64,000 bases of DNA from Candidatus Melainabacteria bacterium 17Bon1m (GTDB lineage: Bacteria > Cyanobacteriota > Vampirovibrionia > Obscuribacterales > Obscuribacteraceae): the NCBI GenBank assembly GCA_032128875.1, contig JAVLKG010000001.1, positions 640,001 to 704,000 of the forward strand, written 5' to 3'. The position numbers and the translations under genes were made by a program. Below are positions 48,117-57,634 of the stretch, one piece after another. The notes beneath the pieces were generated by a model, which was not told where the DNA came from, made no database searches, and was given only the letters and a program-made list of their open reading frames with translations. Positions within the stretch are counted from its first letter, which is position 1, and the number at the start of each line of letters is the position of its first letter.

Positions 48117-49325
48117 TTGCCAGACTTTTCTGACTCGACGATTGATAGTGGTGAAACGGTTTCGTCTAACGTGGTCGTTGGCACTGTTATTCGCAGCCAT
48201 GCTGGCGGTCATCTGGTCCATTTACCCGAATTGGACGTCAACCTTCTGTGCCAGGCGCGCGGGCGGCTGAAGAAGGAGCGCGTCTCCATCGTCACTGGAG
48301 ACCGGGTAACTCTCGATGACGTCGATCCTGATAAAGGGACCGGTGTCATCACGAGTTGTTTGGAAAGAGAAAATCTTCTCAGTCGGCCACTACTCGCCAA
48401 CGTAGACCAGGTGATCATTGTACAGGCCATACATCAGCCCGATTGGAACGCTCTTGTGTGCGATCGCTACCTGGTGCATTTCCAGCTTGAGGTGCGGGAT
48501 TCGCTGCCAATTCTTTGCTTCAATAAGAGTGATCTGGCCTCTGAAGACGACAAGAAGGCTTTACGAAGTATTTATGAACCGCTTGGCTACTTGGTTACAA
48601 TTGTATCTGCTACAACAGGCGAAGGACTGGACGGGCTGGCGAATTTGCTGCTTTCGAAGGCTACAGTTTTCGCGGGACCCTCAGGAGTCGGAAAATCGAG
48701 TTTGCTTAATCGGCTCGAACCTGAACTGCATCTAAAGATTGGCGTAATGGACAACGATTTTGGTGTTGGTCGTCACACCACTACATACAGTGAGCTCTAT
48801 CGCATATCGAATGAGCAATTGCGTTCTCTTGGTGTCACGGGCGAAAATGTCGCCTGGGTGGCAGACACTCCTGGTTTTGGTTTGTCTGAATTCAAACACC
48901 CTGAGCCGCTCGACGTAGTCTGGCAGTTTCCCGACCTCGCTAAATTTGCCGTCGACTGCAAATACTCCGATTGCACGCATCTGGTGGAGCAGGGGTGCAA
49001 TGTCTTGTCGAATCTGGAGCAGATAGACCCGATTCGCTTTGACAATTACACTATTATGGTCAAAGAGTCTCAAAGCGAGAAATCAATTCTCAGGGACACT
49101 TCACAGAAAGTGGAATCGGCGGTAAAAACGGTTGGTGGCAGAGAAGGGAAGGCGGTTCACGTACCGCTTCTGTCGGGTCGCTATCGCAGCAAGGCCAAGA
49201 ATACCGAGCGCCAGCAATTGAAACGAAGAGCGAATTTCGTTGATTCAGACGAAGATGCAGACTTCGTTGATGATTCGGATATTGACAGTTCATCAGATTC
49301 TTCAACCCAAACAGAGGAAACATAG
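48117..49325 (+). CDS. rsgA: Ribosome small subunit-dependent GTPase RsgA
   Basis: Circularly permuted GTPase motifs NKSDL, GPSGVGKS, GRHTT, DTPG, plus Zn motif CKYSDCTHLVEQGC. Start uncertain. Confidence 0.93.
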   Translation: MPDFSDSTIDSGETVSSNVVVGTVIRSHAGGHLVHLPELDVNLLCQARGRLKKERVSIVTGDRVTLDDVDPDKGTGVITSCLERENLLSRPLLANVDQVIIVQAIHQPDWNALVCDRYLVHFQLEVRDSLPILCFNKSDLASEDDKKALRSIYEPLGYLVTIVSATTGEGLDGLANLLLSKATVFAGPSGVGKSSLLNRLEPELHLKIGVMDNDFGVGRHTTTYSELYRISNEQLRSLGVTGENVAWVADTPGFGLSEFKHPEPLDVVWQFPDLAKFAVDCKYSDCTHLVEQGCNVLSNLEQIDPIRFDNYTIMVKESQSEKSILRDTSQKVESAVKTVGGREGKAVHVPLLSGRYRSKAKNTERQQLKRRANFVDSDEDADFVDDSDIDSSSDSSTQTEET

Positions 49326-49330
49326 TCAGC

Positions 49331-50665
49331 ATGACTGAGAAGTCTCCATTAGTTTTTCCGCGCGGTTTCGTCTGGGGAGCGGCTACTGCTGCATATCAGA
49401 TCGAAGGGGCTGCGAAAGCCGACGGGCGTGGCGAGTCGATTTGGGACCGTTTTTCACACACTAAAGGAAACATTCTCAACGACGACAACGGGGATGTCGC
49501 CTGCGATCACTATCATCGCTTTGCAGATGACGTTGCGATGATGAAAGATATGGGGCTGCGAGCCTATCGGTTTTCGATCTCCTGGCCGCGGGTGATGCCT
49601 CACGGTAGAGGCTCCATAAACTGGCTCGGGCTGGACTTCTACGATCGGTTGGTCGATGCTTTGTTGTCTGTTGGAATAGAACCTTACGCAACTCTCTATC
49701 ATTGGGATTTGCCAGAGTCTCTGCAAGAAATCGGTGGTTGGACCAATCGCGATGTCACCGGTTATTTCGCTGACTATGCGGCGGTTATGGCAAAGCGCCT
49801 GGGCGACCGCGTCAAGAATTGGATGACGATCAATGAACCGTGGGTGGTAGCAGTCCACGGCAATTTGCTTGGCGATATGGCTCCGGGATATAGAGACAAA
49901 TCGACTGCTATCAAAGTAGGTCACAACCTGCTTGTTGGGCACGGGCGGGCGCTGGAGACTATCAAACATAGCCGTCCGGATGCAAAGGTTGGCATTACGC
50001 TGAGCCTTTCACCTGTCGAGCCCGAAACTGAATCCGACGAAGACCGCCGCATCGCAGAAAAGCGATATCAAATTTCAGCCGGGTGGTTTTTGAATCCACT
50101 GCTGACAGGTGCATATCCCTCTGAATGTTATCCCGAATTTGGTGAGGCAATATCAGCTATTCATCCGGGTGATATGGCCTTGATCTCGCGTCGAATGGAT
50201 TTCCTCGGTGTTCAATATTACTTTCGTGTCGTCACAGGCATGCGCGGTGACGTCAAAAAGGTCGCAGGTTCGAAGTACACCGAGATGGGTTGGGAAGTCT
50301 GTCCCAGTGCGCTTGAGCGTTTGCTTGTTCGTATGAATCAAGATTACGATCTACCGCCCATTTTTATCACCGAAAATGGCGCTGCTTTCGATGACAAAGT
50401 TTCCAAAGACGGGCACGTTCATGATCCCGAGCGCATCGAGTATTTGCGAGAGCACTTGCATGCAGTCTATCGTGCGCTTAAGCAAAATGTGCCGCTGAAG
50501 GGCTATTTCGCCTGGTCTTTGCTCGACAATTTTGAGTGGGCATTTGGTTATTCAAAACGATTTGGAATCGTTCATGTTGATTACAAAACACAAAAACGCA
50601 CAATCAAAGACAGCGGACATTGGTACAGCCGCGTGTCACGAAGGGGAGAATTGGAGCTAACCTGA
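49331..50665 (+). CDS. GH1 beta-glucosidase
   Basis: WGAATAAYQIEG, TINEP (acid/base), ITENG (nucleophile), DNFEW. Confidence 0.95.
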   Translation: MTEKSPLVFPRGFVWGAATAAYQIEGAAKADGRGESIWDRFSHTKGNILNDDNGDVACDHYHRFADDVAMMKDMGLRAYRFSISWPRVMPHGRGSINWLGLDFYDRLVDALLSVGIEPYATLYHWDLPESLQEIGGWTNRDVTGYFADYAAVMAKRLGDRVKNWMTINEPWVVAVHGNLLGDMAPGYRDKSTAIKVGHNLLVGHGRALETIKHSRPDAKVGITLSLSPVEPETESDEDRRIAEKRYQISAGWFLNPLLTGAYPSECYPEFGEAISAIHPGDMALISRRMDFLGVQYYFRVVTGMRGDVKKVAGSKYTEMGWEVCPSALERLLVRMNQDYDLPPIFITENGAAFDDKVSKDGHVHDPERIEYLREHLHAVYRALKQNVPLKGYFAWSLLDNFEWAFGYSKRFGIVHVDYKTQKRTIKDSGHWYSRVSRRGELELT

Positions 50666-51393
50666 TGTCCATCGCACCAAATAGAGTGGCAGTCATAACA
50701 GGAGCCAATCGTGGAATTGGTTTGGAGGTCGCCCGAGAATTGGCACGTGCGGGCCTTACTGTTGTGCTCACTTGCCGAGACGAAATTAAGGGCAAAGAAG
50801 CGCAAGAACAATTGGCTTCAGAAGGCATAACTGTCGATGCTCAAGTTCTCGATGTAACCAAATCGGGCAGCGTAAGAGATCTTGCCCTCTACTTGCGAAA
50901 ACGGTATGGACGTCTTGACGTTTTAGTGAACAATGCCGGAATCATGCTCGACAAATTCGAAAATGGCGAGCCTGTAATGAGCATTCTCGACTGTGAACTA
51001 GACAATGTTCGCGCGACGATGGAGACCAACGTTTATGGCTCCTTATCGATGATAAAAGAACTTCTTCCTTTGATGAAGGAAAACCATTATGGACGCATCG
51101 TCAATGTTTCTTCTGGTCTTGGACAAATGTCTGAGATGGGCGCAGGCTATGCGGGTTATCGTCTTTCTAAGGCTGCTTTGAACGCGCTCACTTGCATGGT
51201 CGCTGACGAAGTCACGAGCGAAAACATAATCGTCAATGCTTGTTGCCCTGGATGGGTCCGCACCGATATGGGCGGGAAGCATGCGGCACGAAGCGTTGAA
51301 GAAGGCGCCGATACTATCGTGTGGTTGTGTCAAGCTCCAGACGGGTCCACATCTGGCAAACTATTTCGCGATCGAGAAGAACAACCCTGGTAG
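50665..51393 (+). CDS. SDR oxidoreductase (carbonyl reductase-like)
   Basis: TGANRGIG, NNAG, YRLSK, CPGWVRTDMGG. Confidence 0.92.
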   Translation: MSIAPNRVAVITGANRGIGLEVARELARAGLTVVLTCRDEIKGKEAQEQLASEGITVDAQVLDVTKSGSVRDLALYLRKRYGRLDVLVNNAGIMLDKFENGEPVMSILDCELDNVRATMETNVYGSLSMIKELLPLMKENHYGRIVNVSSGLGQMSEMGAGYAGYRLSKAALNALTCMVADEVTSENIIVNACCPGWVRTDMGGKHAARSVEEGADTIVWLCQAPDGSTSGKLFRDREEQPW

Positions 51394-51417
51394 TAGACAT
51401 GCCGTGCTACTGCAAAA

Positions 51418-52413
51418 TCACTTGCGTGCGGAAAATTTCTTCCAGACATCAGGATTAACCGCGTTGGCGGGTAGTTTGCCGGAGAATGCTTCTAAAAGCC
51501 CTTTGACTGCTAACTCATCCATGGCGGCGCGCGTTTCTTTAGTAGCGCTTCCGATGTGAGGTGCTAGTACAACGTTGGACAGCTTCATCAGACTTTCCGG
51601 AACATTTGGTTCGCATTCAAATACATCAAGTCCGCAGCTTGCAATCTTTCCTTGCTCGAGAGCCTCGACCATCGCTTCTTCGTCAATTACTGCTCCGCGT
51701 GATGTGTTGATGAGGACGCAGTGTGGCTGCATTAGGTCGAACTCAGCTTTGCCGATCAAGTGACGTGTTTCTTGTCTCAGTGGGCAATTGACGCTGATGA
51801 AATCCGCGCGTTTGCAGAGATCGTGCAGAGTGACTCTTTGCGCGTCCAAAGTCTTCTTCAGTTCGTCGTCTGTTTTCTTATCATCAGCTTTGCGCGTATA
51901 AATGATGTTCAATCCGAATGCGCGTGCTCGTTTGGCGACCGCTTTGCCAATGCGCCCCATTCCTACGATGCCCAGCGTTTTTCCGTTTAACTCCGCCCCA
52001 AGCATCAGCTCCCGTTTCCAGCCCTTCCATTCGCCGCGGCGCACATACGCATCGGCTTCGACTATGCGTCGTGCGGCCGCAAGCAATAGTGCGAAGGCTA
52101 AATCTGCCGTTGCGTTGTCCAGTACGCCGGGAGTGTTTGTGATTAGTACACCGGCGTCATTGGCATCGGCGACATTTATGTTGTCGTAGCCGACTGCGAC
52201 ATTTGCAACGAGCTTCAGCTGAGGTCGCTTTTTGAAAAGGTCTGCATCTATTTTGTCGCCAAGGATGCAAACCAGCGCATCTTTGCCTTCAAGGCGCGCC
52301 TCGACTTCCTCGCGCGGCATTGGATCGTCTGACTCATATGCGTCGACTTGTGCAAAATTTTGCAGCGCGTCAAAAGCTTTTTGAGAAAGTTTGCCTGTAA
52401 CGAAGACTTTCAA
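51418..52413 (-). CDS. D-2-hydroxyacid dehydrogenase (glyoxylate/hydroxypyruvate reductase)
   Basis: AVGYDNI, GMGRIG, INTSRG, LDVFECEP, PHIGSAT. Confidence 0.92.
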   Translation of the reverse strand: MKVFVTGKLSQKAFDALQNFAQVDAYESDDPMPREEVEARLEGKDALVCILGDKIDADLFKKRPQLKLVANVAVGYDNINVADANDAGVLITNTPGVLDNATADLAFALLLAAARRIVEADAYVRRGEWKGWKRELMLGAELNGKTLGIVGMGRIGKAVAKRARAFGLNIIYTRKADDKKTDDELKKTLDAQRVTLHDLCKRADFISVNCPLRQETRHLIGKAEFDLMQPHCVLINTSRGAVIDEEAMVEALEQGKIASCGLDVFECEPNVPESLMKLSNVVLAPHIGSATKETRAAMDELAVKGLLEAFSGKLPANAVNPDVWKKFSARK

Positions 52414-54092
52414 TGTTTCTGTAATTCTCTTTTTTGAAACGTATGCGATGCCGCGATGTGTTCGTTGATTATACTTTGCGTATTTTCAATCTCTACCCTT
52501 GTTCTTGCTTCGTCCCAACCCAAGCAGCTTCGCACGAGATTGGCGACGCGTGGCACGGCATCTAAGCACTGCCCCTGGTGCACCAGTCCCATGCGCATTC
52601 TTCTGAAGAGCAGATCTTCAAGAAGCATTGCCGACTCGTTAACTATGCAAAACGGAATTTCAGCCATGATAGGCGGGAAGTCAGGACAGACTCTTGCAGC
52701 CAATTCGGGCTCTCTTTCCACGATCGACAAAACCTCATCGGCGTCTTTGCCGTAGCTGGCGACTAAGTGATCGAGAGTGGCTGGTTCAATGGAAAGTTTG
52801 CGAGCGCGCGCCGAGATATGGGCAGTTGACGTGAGGAAATCCGGCTTATCGTTAAAGCCTCCTAGCATTGTTTTTGCGGTGCGTGACTGGCTTGCACGGG
52901 CGGCCAGATCCGGATGCTCTGTAAACAATTTGTTCAAGACTTCGTCAGCCATGATCCTGTAATTGGTCAGTTTGCCGCCTAGCAATCCCACTACTTTGTA
53001 TGGACCGACGTAAATCAGGTGTTCACGTGAAACGCTTCCGGTCGCTTGCCCTGATTCAGATGGCGGGGTTCCCACCAGAGGACGCAGTCCGGCCCAACTG
53101 GCAATGACGTCATCACGCGTGATTTTGTTGGACCCTGAGTAAGTGTTGACCACTGAGATCAAATAGTCGACCTCGTCTACATTTGCCAGCGGATTGTCCA
53201 AGTCGCCTGCGTAGCCCGTATCGGTCGTTCCGATCATTACCGCTCGTTGCCACGGGACCACGAAAACGTATCGTCCGTCTAGTGTTGGGAGGAAAAGTGC
53301 GGAATTCGTTTCGAAAGAAGACTGGGGGACCATTATATGAATCCCCTTGGCCGGAGAGCAGCGCGGTTGCCATGCCGGGTCTAGCATTTGCATCAGTTTG
53401 TCTGACCAAATACCTGCTGCATTAATAAATGTTTTGGCGCGTATTTCCATATCGCCACCCGCGTAGCAGTCATGACACTTAATTGCGACAAGCTCTCCAT
53501 TTTCAACACGGAAGCCCGTTACCTCGGCGTAATTAATGGCCGTTGCACCCATAGCACAGGCCGACTTGACCACTTCCATAACCAGGCGTGAATCGTCCGT
53601 GATGCAGTCGTGAAAGCGCAGCCCGCCGACTATTTGCTCTCCGCTCAAGCCTGGCGCCGATTCGAGAATCTCACGCTGAGACAATCTTGTGTGACGATGA
53701 TCTTTGATGACATCCATCGCCAGAAGGTCATACAATGTCAGTCCCAGTTCAGCCTTGAAGCCGAAGAAGCGCTTTTGCCTTAATATCGGCAGTACAAATG
53801 AAAAGTCGCGCACCATATGTGGCGCAAGCTTTTCAAGCAAAGCTCGTTCGTGCAGAAGTTGCCTTGTCAATCCGAAGTGCAGTTGCTCTAAGTAGCGCAG
53901 CCCGCCGTGGATAAGCTTTGTTGTTTTGCTGGATGTACCGGAAGCGAAATCTCGTTTTTCCAGAAGTATCACGGATAGACCGCGCGAGGCGGCATCCTGA
54001 GCGAGTCCAGCTCCTACGATTCCCCCGCCGATAATGGCAATGTCAAATTCCTTTTCTGGAGCTTCTTTGACTGCTTGACTACGCGGTTTCAT
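52410..54092 (-). CDS. glpD: FAD-dependent glycerol-3-phosphate dehydrogenase
   Basis: IIGGGIVG, DFASGTSSKTTKLIHGGLRYLE, WAGLRPL, GGKLTNYR. Confidence 0.92.
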   Translation of the reverse strand: MKPRSQAVKEAPEKEFDIAIIGGGIVGAGLAQDAASRGLSVILLEKRDFASGTSSKTTKLIHGGLRYLEQLHFGLTRQLLHERALLEKLAPHMVRDFSFVLPILRQKRFFGFKAELGLTLYDLLAMDVIKDHRHTRLSQREILESAPGLSGEQIVGGLRFHDCITDDSRLVMEVVKSACAMGATAINYAEVTGFRVENGELVAIKCHDCYAGGDMEIRAKTFINAAGIWSDKLMQMLDPAWQPRCSPAKGIHIMVPQSSFETNSALFLPTLDGRYVFVVPWQRAVMIGTTDTGYAGDLDNPLANVDEVDYLISVVNTYSGSNKITRDDVIASWAGLRPLVGTPPSESGQATGSVSREHLIYVGPYKVVGLLGGKLTNYRIMADEVLNKLFTEHPDLAARASQSRTAKTMLGGFNDKPDFLTSTAHISARARKLSIEPATLDHLVASYGKDADEVLSIVEREPELAARVCPDFPPIMAEIPFCIVNESAMLLEDLLFRRMRMGLVHQGQCLDAVPRVANLVRSCLGWDEARTRVEIENTQSIINEHIAASHTFQKRELQKH

Positions 54093-54489
54093 TATCTGTC
54101 TGGGTTTCCTGTGTTTTGGTGGAAATATTTCGGATGGCCGTCCTATTGTGACACGTCGAGATATGTCGTGTGGAAAACCATAAACATCGGCAAATGTGTG
54201 CGTTTGGGCATAGGTTCGGGAAGGCAGCAATTTTAATATCTTGTTGCAAACGCTTGCTGGGGGCTGACTTTGCGGATAAAGGACTGCGCAGATACCTTAT
54301 TTTTTGCCCATATTGCGGGAAGCTGTGAGATCTACAAGGTAATTTCAAGTTCAATACTTTATTCTTTAGAACTGCCAAGCTGGCTCAGATGCGAGTGTAT
54401 CCGCCGGCGGGCATCAAAAATATTGTCGAACCCAGTCAGGTCGCAATGCGGAAAGTCCGCTGCGCAAATTGGAATTGGTACAAATAACG

Positions 54490-57453
54490 ATGAAAAATCT
54501 GATAACGAGTGGGCTGTGTGCAATTCTGGCTAGCACTACATGCGGTGCTTTGGCTGCAGAAGAAAACCCCAAGGAGCTTGTGCTACCTGGTAAGAACATC
54601 CCCGTGCCAAAGGACATCGGAACGATCCGCGTCAGAGAAGCGGGACAAATCCCTGCCGGAATGGAGAGCAATTCACCCGGCACCGTCAACCAGATTCCGA
54701 CCGTTCCCGAATTGGCTCAAACTCCGGAATCAATCGATAAAGTTCATAAGCTCGAAGCGGAAGGCGAAAAGCTTTTCGCTGCTGGCACTCCGGAAAAGGC
54801 GCTTATCAAATGGCAAGAAGCCTATGGTATGTGCTTGGAGATGAAATACCTAGAGGGGCAAGGTCGTGCGCTGACCAACATGGCGCGTACCTATCTGGCG
54901 AATGCTCACTACGTGAAAGCAAAGTATCTGGCAGATAATGCCTGTGAAGTTTTGGTGGATACACAGGACAAAGCCGATTTGGGTAAAGCTAGAGTTGCAC
55001 TCGCTCAAGCTTACTTTGGTTTGGATAACCCAGTCCTGGCTGGTCAGCAGCTAGAGCTAGCTCTTAAAGACTATGCACAAATAAGTACGACAAGTGCGCG
55101 CGACTCTGCGCAATTGACTTCGCTCTGCGCCGGTGTGCTTATCAAGATAGGCAAGTTCAAAGAAGCGTTGATGTTTAACCAAGCATCCTCTACCTATCTC
55201 GAGCAAGCTGGAGAACTGCACGCTTCGCTCGCTAAGCGTGTTGCATCAGCAAGCATCCTTTTAGGTCTAGGACTGTACACAGCCGCAAAAGAAGAATCTG
55301 AGCGCGCGCTCGCGACGGCCAAGATCAGCAAGAATCCAGTAAGCGTGCCAATTGCAATGGCCAGCATCGCCAACTGCCAGTATGCTCTTGGTGAATATTC
55401 AGCGTCTTTAAAGACATTCGAAGACTGCTCCAAGTTGATTGATAAACTGCCGGCAAACATGCCGATGCCAGATCTCTCCAAAGCAAACTTTGAATTGGGT
55501 TATGCGCATGCGCTGATCGCTTGCGGATACTCAGACCAAGCTCGGTCTCACTTAGAAGTCGCTATTCCTCTCTTCAAGAAGACATCCAACGTATTAGGAC
55601 AAGCTCAAGCAGTAAATGCTGTTGGCATTCTTGAGGAAGCTCAAGGACACCACGAAAAAGCAATCACCAACTTCCATGAAGCGCTCGATTTGCAGTCAGT
55701 TGTAAATCCAAAAAACGAAAGATTGCAACTGGCTATTTCGCAAAACCTCGCTGCTTCGCAAGCGAGAGCTGGTAAAAATACAGACGCAAAGTTGTTGCTT
55801 GCTGGCTGCATGACGATGTTCACCAGGAATAAGAGTCCGCTCAAAGACCCAGTCCTAGAGTGCAGAACGATGCTTGCGCTCGGTGAAGTTTTACTCAAAC
55901 TTTCCGACAATGAAATTGCCAAAGCGAGACTGAAAGACGCTGTGACGTTGGCCGCGAAGTATCAAGATGACTCGACTTTGTGGCAGGCATACACACTGCT
56001 GGCTAAGCTTGCACAATTAGAGCCGGAGCCAGAGACACCAGTCACGGAGCTCCTCACTAGTGCGCTGTCACACTTCCGTTCTCCGCAAGCCGGCGTGTTT
56101 CCCTCGCCGGAGCGCTTGAATTATCCAAGTACCCGTCAGGATCTTGGAGAGCAACTAGTGGCAATGCTTGCGAAAAACAAGATGTCGCAACAAGCTCTTA
56201 TCGCTGCCGAACAATTGAAAGACGAGCTATTTATTGTTGAGTGGAATCGTCGCGGCGGTAAGGTAAAACCTGAAGACGCCGAGGTCTACAATGATTTGAT
56301 GACACAGCGTGCACACCTGCACGCCTGTGAGGACGGCAGCCCTCCGTCACTTTTGACTCCTGAATGGCAAAAGTGGATGTCGCGCTTCCGTCAGTTGGTC
56401 GAGGAAAATCGCCGTCTAGCAAGGTTGATCGCACCACTGCCGATGACCGCAGAACAAATTTTGGTTGCTGTGAGAAACAACAAGGCAACCATGATCGATT
56501 ATCTGGTCGGAGAAAATTCCTCTGTCGTCTTTACGATGGATGGAACCGGCAGACTTTCGGCTTCCGTCATCCCAGTCGGTCGCAATCGTCTGAAAGAGCA
56601 AGTAAACGCGCTGGTCAACGGAATGACTACGCCACAAACTGCAGATCCTGCATCCGGCGAACGCATGTTGTTGCAAACTCTGTACAAAGAGCTGATACCA
56701 CCTGTAGTGGCTCAGTCTTTGCCCAACAATCCGGAACAAACAATTGTTATCGTTCCTGATGGTGTTCTCTACAACCTGCCATTCGCCGCATTGATTGACG
56801 CAAACGGCAAGTACATGATCGAGCGTCACACGCTTACCATGGCGCCCTCCGTGGGCGTCTTCATGGACAGCCCGCCGCGATACACAGAAGATCAATCTCT
56901 GGTCGTAGCATCTGGACCGCAGTCAGGCGACGATATGTTTGTCCAACTTTTCCAACCTGAATTGGTAACAAGAATGGTTGGTAAAGAAACACCGGTCGCC
57001 GCTATCTCTGACACCATTCGTGGCAAATCAATCGTTCATTTCTCCAGCAAAGTACCTCTGCATGAGAAGAACCCGATGGATTCAATATTGCCGCTTGCTC
57101 CGAGCAAAGACGACGGAGGCAAAAAGGTCACCGCTGACAAGTTGTTCGGTCTTAGTTTGCCGAGTGATTTGATGGTTTGGAGCGGTAGCTCTATATATGG
57201 AAAGGATATTCAGGGTAATGCTGTCAAAGTGTTTAGCTGCGGCTTGAACTATGCCGGTGTTCGCAACGTTCTTATGACTCTCTGGGCCGAACCTTCTGGC
57301 GACAGACAGGCGGAATTGGTTGAGTTCTACAAGAGCAAGCAAGCTGGTTTGAATCAGGCTCAATCCTTGAGACGTGCCCAAATGCTGGCGTTGTCCAAGG
57401 ATCCTTCTGCAAAATCATGGGCTGCATTCCAATTGCTCGGACCTGGTTTCTAA
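54490..57453 (+). CDS. Secreted TPR-CHAT domain protein, apparently lacking the catalytic dyad
   Basis: Signal peptide, TPR array, IVPDGVLYNLPFAAL, AGVRNVLMTLW, WAAFQLLG. Confidence 0.88.
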   Translation: MKNLITSGLCAILASTTCGALAAEENPKELVLPGKNIPVPKDIGTIRVREAGQIPAGMESNSPGTVNQIPTVPELAQTPESIDKVHKLEAEGEKLFAAGTPEKALIKWQEAYGMCLEMKYLEGQGRALTNMARTYLANAHYVKAKYLADNACEVLVDTQDKADLGKARVALAQAYFGLDNPVLAGQQLELALKDYAQISTTSARDSAQLTSLCAGVLIKIGKFKEALMFNQASSTYLEQAGELHASLAKRVASASILLGLGLYTAAKEESERALATAKISKNPVSVPIAMASIANCQYALGEYSASLKTFEDCSKLIDKLPANMPMPDLSKANFELGYAHALIACGYSDQARSHLEVAIPLFKKTSNVLGQAQAVNAVGILEEAQGHHEKAITNFHEALDLQSVVNPKNERLQLAISQNLAASQARAGKNTDAKLLLAGCMTMFTRNKSPLKDPVLECRTMLALGEVLLKLSDNEIAKARLKDAVTLAAKYQDDSTLWQAYTLLAKLAQLEPEPETPVTELLTSALSHFRSPQAGVFPSPERLNYPSTRQDLGEQLVAMLAKNKMSQQALIAAEQLKDELFIVEWNRRGGKVKPEDAEVYNDLMTQRAHLHACEDGSPPSLLTPEWQKWMSRFRQLVEENRRLARLIAPLPMTAEQILVAVRNNKATMIDYLVGENSSVVFTMDGTGRLSASVIPVGRNRLKEQVNALVNGMTTPQTADPASGERMLLQTLYKELIPPVVAQSLPNNPEQTIVIVPDGVLYNLPFAALIDANGKYMIERHTLTMAPSVGVFMDSPPRYTEDQSLVVASGPQSGDDMFVQLFQPELVTRMVGKETPVAAISDTIRGKSIVHFSSKVPLHEKNPMDSILPLAPSKDDGGKKVTADKLFGLSLPSDLMVWSGSSIYGKDIQGNAVKVFSCGLNYAGVRNVLMTLWAEPSGDRQAELVEFYKSKQAGLNQAQSLRRAQMLALSKDPSAKSWAAFQLLGPGF

Positions 57454-57634
57454 GAGGCACCGATAACTTAAATTGGACACATTCCAAAGCTGTTTTGTCT
57501 TCATGACAATGCCGTTTTGTAAGGTCTTGGAAAGGTTTTTCACCTAGTACATTAAGTATTGAAGTCAAGAGTCTCGGTCAAAGCATACGCGTTGTATAAC
57601 TCATTATCTGGGTCAGTTGTAATTGGGGTTTGAT

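Noticed and set aside
54194-54328. 44-aa + strand ORF ending CPYCGKL (zinc-ribbon-like)
   Set aside because: No RBS and no proper first CxxC; lies in a divergent promoter region, so probably chance.
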